Below, piece after piece: positions 38,885 to 51,159 of a stretch of 64,000 nucleotides of DNA. Position 1 is the stretch's first letter; each line of letters starts with the position of its first letter. The notes under the pieces are model-generated. The model was not told the origin of the DNA. It searched no databases and worked only from the letters and a program-made list of their open reading frames with translations. The translations under genes and the position numbers were made by a program. Source of the stretch: Camelus dromedarius (Eukaryota); contig NC_087436.1 in NCBI RefSeq assembly GCF_036321535.1, positions 38,442,001-38,506,000 of the forward strand, given 5' to 3'.

Positions 38885-38988
38885 TGCACCCAGAGAAAAA
38901 TCTCAGAAAGCTATCCAAGATGAAATCCGTTCAGTGATCAGACAGATCACAGCTACAGTGACATTTCTGCCACTGTTGGAAGTTTCTT
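38885..38988 (+). CDS. MAD2L1: MAD2L1 coding exon 4 (S-APREKSQKAIQDEIRSVIRQITATVTFLPLLEVS-C)
   Basis: Acceptor cttctttgatAG ending 38884, donor T|GTAAGT; 104 nt in phase. Confidence 0.98.
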
Positions 38989-39700
38989 GTAAGTATTACA
39001 CAACTTCACGCTGACTTCAATTTATTGGGAAAAAAACTAAGCTACTATTTTAAGAATTACCCCTTTATTAAATTTTTTCTTAATTATCAATATCACGTAA
39101 TAAAAATGAGAAAAGAATTATAAAGCAAAAGTAAGTTATGAACATTCTAGAAAATTTGCAAATGCTGAAAAAGAAAGGAATAAAAGTATTCCACAATACT
39201 CACTCTTGATTGTTTTGATGTAATTCCTTTCATTATTTTAATTTTTTACACAGTTTTATGTATATATAAGACTAAAGCTATAATTATGTCTTGCCTTTCT
39301 ATCTTTGTTACTGCTTCAGTCATCAGGTATTTCCTGAATACCTACTACATGCCACGCATGGTTCTAGGCACTAGGATACATCAGTCACAGAACCAAGATG
39401 TTAGCTTTCCTTAGGTTACGTTCATGCTATCCCACGTAATTGATTATACACTTCCTACAAATATTTTTAATGGTTTACTCTTTAAAGAAAAAAAGAAACT
39501 TGAATTTTTCATAAGATAAAGTGAAAGGAGTACAATACTTACAGTACTGCAGTAAGTTTCCATTGAGGAAAAGCAGTTAACTATTAAGAGACCAGGCTGA
39601 ACTCTTTTCTAACACACTGGATGGTTCGAAATGTGAGACAGGGAGGGTAGTTTTATTTTTGAAAAAATAATGTACTTTAATGATTTTATTCCCAATTTAG

Positions 39701-39873
39701 GTTCATTTGATCTCCTAATTTATACAGACAAAGATTTGGTTGTACCTGAAAAATGGGAAGAGTCGGGACCACAATTCATTACCAATTCTGAGGAAGTTCG
39801 TCTTCGTTCATTTACTACCACAATTCACAAAGTAAACAGCATGGTAGCCTACAAAATTCCTGTCAATGACTGA
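39701..39873 (+). CDS. MAD2L1: MAD2L1 coding exon 5 (C-SFDLLIYTDKDLVVPEKWEESGPQFITNSEEVRLRSFTTTIHKVNSMVAYKIPVND*)
   Basis: Acceptor cccaatttAG ending 39700; TGA at 39871-39873; exon lengths 73+147+121+104+173=618 nt = 205 aa plus stop. Confidence 0.98.
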
Positions 39874-40509
39874 GTCTGAGATAAGGAGAATAATGTACTT
39901 ACAATTCTCAAATGTGGTTTTCCTGGAACCAGATCAACTATAGTTGATATGTTTTATTTCATTGGTTAATTTTTAGATGGGGAAAACTTAACATTATACT
40001 TTACTGAATCTGCATAACTGTTCCTTTTTTGGTACCTGTTTGACTTTCCATAGGATTGACAAAAGTTACTGCATACTGTTCAAAAGGGAACTAGAAGATT
40101 ACATCAGTATTGTTATGTCAGTTCCTTTGAAGGTGGTAACTGTAGATGGAAAAACTTTTGCTATAAAGCTAAATCCCTTCCTAAATCAGACTGTTTCGTC
40201 AAGCATCTTGACTCAGAAAATAGAGAAATATTTAAATATAAAATACAGCAAAAGAAATATGAATATTCAGAATCTTTGTTTAGGTCTGAAAGTAACTGAT
40301 AGTCCATAGTAATTAAATATTGCTTCTATTAGGTCCTTTTGCCATTTATTTCATTTGTATAGTTTCCATATTGAAATTTTTTCCAATTATTTGATTTTAA
40401 TTTATATAACTTGAACCTGTAAAGCCCTGGATATTTCTACTGTTTAAATTCCATTCTTAAAAATGTCTTTGTATGTTTTATAAAATCAAGCTTTAAATGA
40501 CAAATACAA

Positions 40510-40515
40510 AATAAA
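40510..40515 (+). terminator. Polyadenylation signal of MAD2L1
   Basis: AATAAA about 640 nt after the stop codon, followed by a GT/T-rich downstream element (tgtatatgttttaagtttgtc). Confidence 0.75.
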
Positions 40516-40862
40516 GTTAAATGTATATGTTTTAAGTTTGTCTTAAAATATCTTAAGATATTTTTATTTTGGTATGGTGTTGATACAGTTAAATAGTTAT
40601 GGTGGATTCAGTACAGCATATTATTTCTTGTGCCTGCTATGTTGCAGGGACTAAGGGTACAGAAGTTAAGTCTTAAGGTACTTTCAATTTAATGGACAAG
40701 CTTTTATGTACCCCCTTCATCTCATAAGAGTAGATTTAAAACAAACATTGTTCTTCGTGTAAAATGATAAATATCATTTGGAATTAATTCAAGTTTAGCA
40801 AATGTTGGCTTGTAGAACCTTTTTATACTCTTAGCCTTACTGTCAGCCTAATTTTTCTTATA

Positions 40863-41067
40863 CAGTTGAGCCTTGAGCAATGCAGGGTTAGAGCACTGAC
40901 CCTCCAAGCAGTTGAAAATCTCAGTAAAATTATAGCCACCGTATCTGTAGTTACTCCATGGGTTCAACCCACTGCAGATGGTGTAGTACTGGAGTATTTA
41001 CTATTGAAAAATATCCGAGAATAAGCAGACCTGAGCAGTTCAAACCGTGTTGTTTAAGGGTCAAATG
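40863..41067. mobile_element. MER8-like TcMar-Tigger MITE
   Basis: TIRs cagttgagccttgagcaa / ttgtttaagggtcaaatg with TA duplications on both sides. Confidence 0.85.
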
Positions 41068-43454
41068 TATACTTAAACACCAGGGTTATTCCTGTGCCTT
41101 CATTTATTCTCTCATCATGTATATTCTTTCAGTTCTTACCTATTTTTCTAAGGTCAGTTTAAGGCAAACTTCTAAAAAGTCTTGTAAGCACTTAGTGTAA
41201 GATCTTTACATATATTCATTTAACCTTCACTATTAAGTAAATACGCATAGCCTGTATCCATTCATTCAAAAGTTACATAGTGAGCATCTATGACTGCAGA
41301 ATACTGTGTGCCAAGTGCCAAGATGAATGAAACAAAATCGTGGCCTTTCTGAAACTTGAAATCTTAGGAAGGACAGGAAAATACATGGTGAAGGACCATG
41401 AAGTTACCAAATAGGTTGATTTCATTATGTATTTGTCTTTGTTATTTCACCTGGATAGTCTTACCTCTTTGACTCATTTGTGTGCTTGTTAAGAATTAAG
41501 GGCAATGTCCTACATTCTTTCATCTCTTAGTGCTAGACAAGTAGGTGCCTATGTTTGGTGACGGGTATGGTGAATGCTCTTGGGAAAGCCCATTCCCTAA
41601 ACAGTCGTTGAAGCTATCTAGCTGAGGTCCACCCACAAGTTTTTTTTTTTTTCCTTGAATAAGAAAAGTAGCTATGCAGAAATGGAAATCACACTGATTT
41701 AGGGATGGACAAGAGTCAAGTTTCCAAACAGCGTGAGGTATACAATAGACTCCATTAAGATTAAAACATTTGAATGTTTGGCTGTTCATAACCTGTTAAC
41801 ATTTGAAATACACGTTAAGAAGGAAAGCAAAAATAGAACTTGAATAAAAATATGGAGACAGTTGAAAATTATCATCCTATTTTTAGGAAATATGTTTGAA
41901 AATCTTTATATAAAGCAATGGCTGCTTCGGGAAACACTGAATGCCCCTTTGTTAAACACCAGCAGTAATAAAATGTGGTTCTTCCCTGCCAAAAGCTCAC
42001 CAGCAACATATATTACTGGTAACATTTAATTTCTGTCATTTATGTTTTTGAAAAATTTAGTGTTCCTGATATTACTACTTTTAGTTTGTGACTTAGTATG
42101 GTACTGACTGCTCTCCCATTTTAAGAGTTGTGTCCAGAAATTAAAGCCCAGGATTTGAATGTTAGTCTCAATAATAGGAGCTTCTGCCATTCAATCTGTT
42201 ACCTACTAGTTACTCTGTAGTGTCACGTCTGCATAAGCTAGGCTCTTCTTTTTTTGAAATCAGCAAAAATTGTCTTTGAAAAAAATTTAATGGAAGAATA
42301 CTAGCTACATAAAAGGGAAGGCTGAAAACCAGAGAACTAGAGCAGCTCCAAAGATTCTCTGGTAAATCTGTGAACTATGCATATCTCCATGTAATAAATG
42401 GACCCCTGGTTACCCAGTGATCTATACAAATGACTCAGACTGAAGGTTTCAAAAAAAAGTGACAATGAAAAGCTCTTGTCTGTATTTTAACAAGCTGAGA
42501 TGTAAGACTAAGAATTCTGTGAAATTGCATATTTAAATATTTTGCTCGTTTCATCTCAGCCAACATTGTTAATATGGTTAAATTAGATTTCCTACACCAT
42601 TTGCATGCTACTATTTAATCTTGTGAGGTTTCTGAGGAGCTAGTTGTGATCTTTTTTATCTCTTACAGATTATATCTCAATTCAGAAATACACGTATCAA
42701 AGTTGAATAGGAGCCAAGCTATGACCTTTATTGATAAAGCTTGATAGGAAAAGTTTTGGCCTATGGTTGCAACTAGACTTATCCCACGCTCTTTCTGTAC
42801 CTTGAGGTTCACCTTAGGAGGAAAATATTTAAACCAACAGATGAAAGAATCATGACTGACTCGCACACCATGTTAAGCATAGAGAATGGAAGATCCCAAG
42901 AGAGTCTGGTGGGCCTCTAGACCTGGCCTGGGCTCTGACTCAGTTTTGCTTACAATAGGTAGAGGAATGAAAACAGGTTCCTGTTGAGCCCATTGAGGTC
43001 TGAAATAGAGCCCCAGGGGGACTGAGCCACATCTGGTCTTCAGGATCCTTCTCCCAGTACCATCAATTGGACAGAGAAGTCAAGCCTCTGTGGGAATGTT
43101 TACAGAGAGTTACAGCAATGCCATGTATTAGTTGGCTTTTGTTGCAAAGCAAACAACCATAAAATATCAACAATAAGCATTCTTTTCTCCTTTAGGCCTG
43201 CAGGTCAGCTGGGGTGCTTGTCCTATTCTCACCTAAGCCTGAAGGTCACATGTCTCATTGTACCACTGAAGGGACAATGGCTAGCCAGAATTCTTAAGGT
43301 GCAGCTTCAGAACTTTCACTAACACTTTTCCCACATTTCAGTGACCAAGGCAAGTCTTACAGCTAAGCCTAACTTCAATGGAGAAGAGACGTCTACTCTT
43401 CCCAAGGAGATGGGAGAAGAGGTGTGAAAAATCTGGTGCAAGGATCCAATAGAC

Positions 43455-43658
43455 CAGGGGTTGGTAAGCTTCCTGTAAAGGGCCAGATGGTAGTTTAGGC
43501 TTTGCAGCCATACGGTCTCTTACACCTACTTGAGTCAGTCCTTGCTGCTTGAAAGCAGCCTTAGACAATAGGTAAACAAATGATCATGGCTGTGTTCCAA
43601 TATAAAACACCAGATGGCAGGCTATATTTGGCCCATGGGTTGTAGTTTGCTGACCCTG
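43455..43658. mobile_element. MER58A hAT-Charlie MITE
   Basis: caggggttggtaa...tttgctgaccctg ends; 8-bp target duplication caatagac/taatagat (6/8). Confidence 0.85.
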
Positions 43659-46600
43659 TAATAGATCTGTCTGCTCTCTAGTTCACAAATATTCAAACCC
43701 CTCCCTGGCTCAGAGCAATTGATTTTGTGACATTTATGGCTTACATTAAAAACATCATTTGTTGTCTCCATCCATAATACCTCAAAAGGAATGATTCTCT
43801 GAAACACACCTGGCTATTTCTTTGAGGTGCTCCTCAGGAAACCCCACAGTGAATTCTGATCTGAAAACTTGGGGAGGAAGGTTCTTTGGCACATGATACA
43901 CAAAAAGAGACTTAGTATATAGCATAAAGGCTCTAAACCTCTATTTTTAATCACTATATAAATATGTATACTGAATAAAAATTTTTATTATTAGGATGCA
44001 TTCGTTTCTTAGGTTCATTAACCTCATATATTTTAGAATATGAACTCAAATTGTTGGCATTAGATAGGTATCCACCTTGACATTTAACTTTTTTATTTAC
44101 CTTCTGTTTCTATTTAATTGCTTACTCTAAGTTTTATCTTAATTTTATTATACATGAAAAATTAGAATAGCTATATTAATACTACATTGTAATGCTTATA
44201 TTTTCCACCAGGTGTCACCAATGCTGTGATACTTAAGGTGAATTTCTTTTGACTCTAAAGAATATAATATTGAGCTTTTTTTTTAACCAGAAGTTAACAT
44301 TGGGATTTCTGGCTACAAAAATATAAATATATCAGGGGAAAAAACACAGCATCTGCCATTTGCTAGGCACTTTACATGAAGTATTTCATTTAATTTTCAT
44401 GCTATCTTGCACAAGCAAAATTGTGGGGACAATGGAGATGCAAATTGCACTGTTTTTTAAAGTTTAGATGGTCTCTTTTTTCCACGGCCAAGGAAGCTCA
44501 CCTGACTCTACAACTAGCATGTTAAAGGGAATGTTTCTTTACCCTTTTTGTAATGGTTTTTACCTTTTACATCCTTTTAGCAATTGAGTATCCAAATCAA
44601 ATTAGTTTTCCTTTACTGTGCTTTGAATTTCATTGGGTGAGTTTGTATTTTTGTATTTACACTTTCCTCAGATGACTTTGACCAATGAATGGAAGGAATC
44701 AAAAGACAGAAGACTTTATCCTGTATCTTATCTATAGTATTTAAAGAATAAATCAGGTGTGACTTTTCAAGCAGTTGTGAAACAGTTTTCCAACTAATCA
44801 GAAGAGTTATTCATTTAGCAACCTCAGTTACTCCTTGGGGAATTAATTTTGACTTTACTTGTAAATAATAATTTCTCATTTTTTAATCCAGTGTGTGAAA
44901 TTATATTTCAGGTTATTTTGTTCAGTGTAACCATGATAAGTGTCTGTGTTGGAATGACTGTGGAATAAAACCTGTCTACTAACTTTCAAATTTAACAGTT
45001 ACATTTTCTAAAAACAAATCTTAAGTGATCTTTCCATTCCTCATGAATATGGCTTTGAAAGCTAGCAGTATTAAACAATGCTTTTTTTTTTTTTTTTTTA
45101 AATCTAGCTGGGAAAGCTACTTAATCTCCATTAGAGTTGACAATCCTGTTCCAATCTGGCAAAAACATTGTAGCCCTAGCAACAAAACCATTAGAAAAGA
45201 CCTAGAGAGAAAAATGTCAGAGTTGACCCTCTGATTACACAAGTCAGTTTATGTTACCACTTCACCTATTTTTGTCTTCCTACCATTTGATCTATTTTTA
45301 CACTAGAGAAACATAGTTTAGTTCCACTTATTTGTGTAAAGTCCATTTTCTTCTATGTTTATCTGCACCATTTTACTAAGCGCAAAGGAACTTACATCAG
45401 ATCAAAATCTTTATTGTCTTGGAATTTTATCTGTGCTGAAAAAGGTCTCTGAGCATAAGCAGGCCACCCATATTCCATTTCCATGCAAGGGAAAGATCTT
45501 AAATGTCTTTAAAAACTACCTAGATATGGACATGTCAAGTGGATACCTAGACATGGATATGATTTCTTTCTGAATGGCAAGACTCACTGTCCAAGTGCAG
45601 AAATCAGTGGTTTTAAAGATTGAGTCAGTGATGTCCAAAATATGTCATGTCTCAAATACAGTTCTTGGATCACTGTACTCGATCGTAATAGTCAGTATGG
45701 CTCTGTGAAAACCAGTTCACAGCTTCCAGGTTTAAGAAAGGAAATGATCAGCTACCAGTTGGGTGCTATACACCTGTTCAGCCTGGTTCCTTCTAGGTAA
45801 ATAGTGGCTGGTTGGTGGGAAAGTGGGAGACTTAGGCTACAGCCTGTGGTCTTGGAACTGGTGATGGGACATGGAAAGAGCCGTGAAGCAAAGAAAACGA
45901 AGTCTGAGTCCCAGGTGACCAGTCCTCTGGAGTAAAGTAGCAGCCCCCAAACCTCAGTTCCAGGCCATGAAGGGAGAAGAGTGTGGAAAAAGAAGGACTG
46001 GATCCAAGATGAAAAAATGAAAAACAATGCTGATGCCCAGAGTCCCAGAGGATAACCAAAAAGAAACACTGAGTAGGGAGAAAGAATCCTTCATAGATTA
46101 TCTTTAGCTCAATTTGTGGGCGGCAGGGTGGGAGGGGTTATCAGGCATCAAATTAGTATGTTACATACATTGTCTCAAGCCTCACAACAACCCTATGAGT
46201 GTTACCATCCCTATTTTCCACGTGTAAAAACTGAGATTCAGGAAGGTTAAGTAACTTGCCCAAATTCAAGCATCCAGAGTACATTTCCAGGCCCGACTCA
46301 GAAGCCAATATTCTTTCTACTATATCTCATCGTGTCTCAGAGACTAGGGAATAGGGAAGGGCCCCCCACTCCAGGGTGCAGACTCAGCCTAGGAGACTAC
46401 AATACCACATGAACCAAGACCCAAGCTGGGGAAGTGAGAACTCGTAGCCACGGTATTTGAATATCAAGTTAAATCAACTTTTTAAAAGACATTTTTTCTT
46501 AATAAGCTATTATAAATGTTTATAAACAAAGAGTATTTTGCTATATAACAGAAGCATTCATTTTCTTCCATTAGCATTTTCTTTTTTCATTCTTTCACTT

Positions 46601-48734
46601 GTTTCTCTAACTAAATGCTGTGTTGGAATAAAGTAGAAACTTCACGGATTTTAACCAGTTTGAGAAATAGACACAGAAGACAGAAAGAGGCTGAAATGTA
46701 TGTATTATCAACCAAATTACAGGGTTCCCTAGTAACGCTGGGTAGGAGAATGAGGCTTACCCCTAAAGCAGAAATAGGTTCGTTACTACTTCTCCACAAA
46801 TGAATGGTGGAACAGACAACTTCAATCTTCCTCACTCGAGCCCAGCTCCAGCGTGGGGGTAAGAAGCCCTGCACCCTGAACACCTAGGACAGAACCAGAG
46901 AGCACTACACCTGAGCTCCTGCAAGTCTCAGGAAGGGTTCCTCTTTGTTGCTGGGGATGGAGTGAGAGGCCCAAGTGGCTCTAGTACCACTTTCCAGCAT
47001 CAGGATTGGATCAGAAACTTGAGGACTGGGGTCACATGCATCCCTGTCACTATAGGCCAGGTTTTTCATCTTTCAGAAATTACCGTGTTCCACTGGCATT
47101 ATGCCAGTTGATTTTAGGTAGCTTGGTGACAAGCTTTTTTTTTATTCTAGTAATTATGTGTTTTAATCTGTATTCAGAAAAATATATAACACATTTTAGC
47201 ACATCATGAGCTAAAGATTTTTAAAGTACACACAATACTTAAATAAAAATATATCAGTATTAGTACGAGTGATATGCACATAAAGAAGAATCAGGAAGGC
47301 AGCACGCACGTGAAGGGAGGTTAGGAAACGATGTCACACCACTGCGCTTAAGAGAGTCAGAGTAAGCCAGGGCGGGCCGGCCCTCGGCAGGGCAGGCTGC
47401 CTGTGCATGGCGCGGCCGCGCCCTCACCACCCTGCACTCTGCTGCCTTCTGCACAGTGTCCCTCTGGAACTGCTGGTAGGCACTTCACTTTTTGCCCACA
47501 AAAGACTCCAGCAACATGAGTTGGGCAGGATTCCACGCAGCAGCCTAAGCTCAAAATTCACTCCCTGTCCTATTTTCTACCACTAATTACGTCCAGTCAT
47601 GTTATCCAAAATGGTTCACCAGACTTTATGAAATGAATCCAAAGACTGGATCAACAACATAAAAATGTCCCAAATTTGAACATTAGGAAATTCTTCTTAT
47701 TATTCAATTTCCTCACAACTAAATCCCCATACAAAAAAAAAAAAAAAAAAAGCCCACAGAAATTAGAGTCCAAATGCCTTCATTTCCAATTTTATACCAT
47801 TGGCTCAGTCTCAGCCAGAGGGTGTTACTCAGGTGTCTAGGCCCTTAGATCGGCAGCTGTGTTTCAGGCTGTCTTTCACAGGAATGGATGGAGTTTCTCC
47901 AGCCTCTCCAAAGTTAATTCAAATCTCTAGTTAGCTCCACTCTCCAAGAGGTCAGCAGCCAAAAAAGAAACTGCAGCTCCACTACAGAAGTTACCCAGCA
48001 AAATCATGGTGCCCAAATTAAGTGAATGGTATAGTGTCGTTCATCACTGCTACTGTCAGCCAAAGAGCACGGCAGATAACTTGATGGTACCGGTGCTGGA
48101 GACAGTGAAGGCCTGAGAATAGCCAGGTTTCAATCCCAGGGCAGGCCAGCCAGCCACACCAGCGTCGAGTCCACAGCCTGGGAACTGTACTCACTGAGCA
48201 GAAACTGACCAACAGTTGTGCTTCTACATGTTTATTATGTATGTGTATTTCTTTGCATTTTTTCTTGTTTTGTTTTGTTTGATGCTTGTGGGGACCTTCC
48301 CATTATATTGCCTACTTTCTCTCAGAGAGCGACATTTGAGACATTATTGTCTTAGAAAATTTAGATATTCTGGTTTCTTCATTTTCTCATGTCTGTTGTC
48401 TCCTATAAGATTGTGATCTACAGAAAACCTCTACTCTCAAATTCCTCCAAGTTCTCTCTAGGGGTGAAGTAGACTCTTCTCCAGGAAAGCATAAGGAATG
48501 GAGTAATGACCATCACTCTACTCTCTCAGCACTATGTTCTAACTTAATAATATGCAGTGTTTTATTATTCTGATAATAGTAATTGTCATCACTCTTGTAT
48601 AAACTCTTCCTCCCTACCTAGGCAGGTTGAGTTGGACCCAGCTAGGCAGTAGGTGAGCAGAGTCTAAATTAAAAAAAAAATTTTTTTAATTTTTTTTAAA
48701 CACTAGGATCACAGTAAGGACCAAAGAGTCAAGA

Positions 48735-49445
48735 CAACTCTTGTACACTGTTGGTGGGAACGTAAACTGGTTTTTTGGAAACAATGGGAAACAGTATAGA
48801 GATTCCTCAAAATACTTAGAACTGCTAAATGATCCAGCAATTCTACTTCTGGGTATTTATCCAAAGAAAATAAAAACACTAATTTGAAAAGATGTACACA
48901 CCCCTACATTCATCGCAGCATTATTACCACAGCCAAGATATACAGACAAGGTACAGAAACAACCTAAATGAACAGTGATGAATGTTAGGATAAGGAAATG
49001 TGATGTGTGGGTCTGTATGTGTGTACACACACACACACATACAGGTACACATACACACACAACAGAATAATATATAACCATAAAAGAAGGAAATCTTGCC
49101 ATTTGTGACAACCTGGATGGACCTTGAGGGTATTATGCTAAGTGAAATAGGTCAGATGAAGAAAGACAAATACCATATAATTTTGCTTTAAGTGGAATCT
49201 GGAAAACAAAAAAAATAAAACAGAAACAAACTCACTGATTCAGAGAACAGATCGGTGGTTAGCAAGGAGAAAGGGGCTGGAGGAAGGGTAAAATGGGGCT
49301 CATTTTAGGTAGAGGGGCTCAACTGTATGGTGGTGGATGGTAACTAGACTTACAATGGTGATCACTCTGTAGTGTATACAAATACTGATTTTTAATGTTT
49401 ATAGAAATGTTATATACCAATTTCACCTCAATTTAAAAAAAAAGT
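48735..49445 (+). mobile_element. L1MA-type 3' end
   Basis: tacactgttggtgggaa...gatccagcaattctacttctgggtatttatccaaa...ggaccttgagggtattatgctaagtgaaata; A-rich tail. Confidence 0.85.
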
Positions 49446-50833
49446 AACAGAAGGATATCAAAGTTTAGCAAGACTTTAAGGAGATTCTAGCTATCACAGA
49501 CTAAAGTAGTCAAAGGTGAGTATTCCAAAAAGCTGGGCCACTGACGAGAAAGAACAGGCACAAACAAACAAAATATCCCCCAAACTTCAGCTTCAGGGCA
49601 GAAACTTTTCTGTGTTCTTTTCCTCCTTTCTGGCTCAGCAGGATCTTATCTCTCCTTAGTGTAAGGAGAGAGACTGCAGCTGGGGAGCGAAATGTGCCAA
49701 GAGCTGCAGCTGCAGAAATTTGGGGGGGGTTTCTATCTTTTACATTTTTAACTTTTAAAGTGTGAAAGTAATACATACACAAGTTTTAAAAAAATCAAAC
49801 AGTACAGAGTGGTACTAAATGAAAAGTAATCTCTCTACCTGACCTCATTACCCCACTCCCCATTTCTAACCCAGCTCCCTATTTTTAAACATTTTTTATT
49901 GTGCTGCTAGTTATTACCATACCTCTAAAACATATGTTAATCCTTCCATTTCTTGTTATTGACTTCAGATAGCATATATTGAAAGATGGTGAACTTAATT
50001 CATATTTCTTTATCCATCCTCTCCTAAGTTTTCCCAGTTTTAGTATTTTGGTTCTTCTGGAGGTTATCCATAATTTTAAAGAACATGATTAACCTCCATA
50101 TTTTGTTATATCAATTTTATAAACTGTATCTTGATTCCTTACTAGATAAGGTAAGAAAAATTTGTCCAACATTACCTTCCACATCTCTGCTGTCTTAACA
50201 TTCAGACTTTTATTTTTCACATTATCAATGTTAATATTAATCAAATTCTTTTACAGTTATTATTGTCTTCCAAGTGTTGTTTATATGTTTATTCTATAAA
50301 CTGAAATAGAATTTACATTATCCCAATTATTAAATTACTCCTTATTGAAGCACTGAATAGCTCTACCTATTGGGGGGAAAAAAGGTAATCTATGTCATTA
50401 AAATGGAAAGACGGATGTTCCAAGTGTCAAGGTCAAATGGGATTCCTTAAACTCAATCTTCAAGGCTTTCTATTAAATTATTCATTTAACTAACGATACT
50501 TTTAATTTCCAAGAAATCTTTCTTCTTTGTTTGCTCTTGTTTCATAGCCACCTATTCTTTACTTAGCTTCTTAACTCTGAAGGTGTTAGGGTTTTTATTT
50601 TTTAATCAGCTTTTTTCCTCTTAACTGTTTTCTTTAATAGTCAACAGTTAAATCTTTTCCACCTGAACCTTCTCATTTTTGCTGTTGGTTTCTTCTAAAT
50701 TTTCTTGGGTTTTTTTCATGCATTTGCATGATGAAAAAGACTGATCAATTACCAGTAGCATTATTTTCTACTGTGGTATGAGACCTCTCCTTTGAATGGA
50801 AGGATGAATAGTCTATATACATATAAGCTAGTA

Positions 50834-51159
50834 CAGTCAGTCCTCTATCCATATCCACAAGTTCCACATGCACAGAGTCAACCAACTGAAGATCAAAAGT
50901 ATTGCCCCCCTAAAAAAAATTCCAGAAAGTTCCAAAAAGCAAAGCGTGAATTTGCTGAGCACCAGCAATTATGTACAGAGCATTTACATTGTATTAGGTA
51001 TTATAAGTAACCTATAGATGATGTAAAGTGTACGGGAGGAGGTGCATGGGTTATATACAAATATAGTGCCATTTTACATAAGGGACTCGAGCATCCATGG
51101 ACTTTAGTATCCACAGGGGGTCCTGGAATCAATTCCCCACAAATACTGAAGAACGACTG
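50834..51159. mobile_element. Tigger3a-like TcMar-Tigger element
   Basis: ta-cagtc...gactg ends; diagnostic catttacattgtattaggtattataagtaa. Confidence 0.85.

Larger units (their letters stand above)
33730..40535 (+). other. MAD2L1: MAD2L1 gene span from start codon to approximate 3' end (mitotic arrest deficient 2-like 1)
   Basis: Five GT-AG spliced exons give a full-length uninterrupted Mad2; 3' UTR runs to a poly(A) signal. Confidence 0.95.

Noticed and set aside
39670..39700. ATG-started extension of exon 5 in the ORF track
   Set aside because: Intronic sequence upstream of the acceptor AG at 39699-39700
48668..48700. A-run/T-run quasi-palindrome
   Set aside because: Low-complexity sequence with no supporting context
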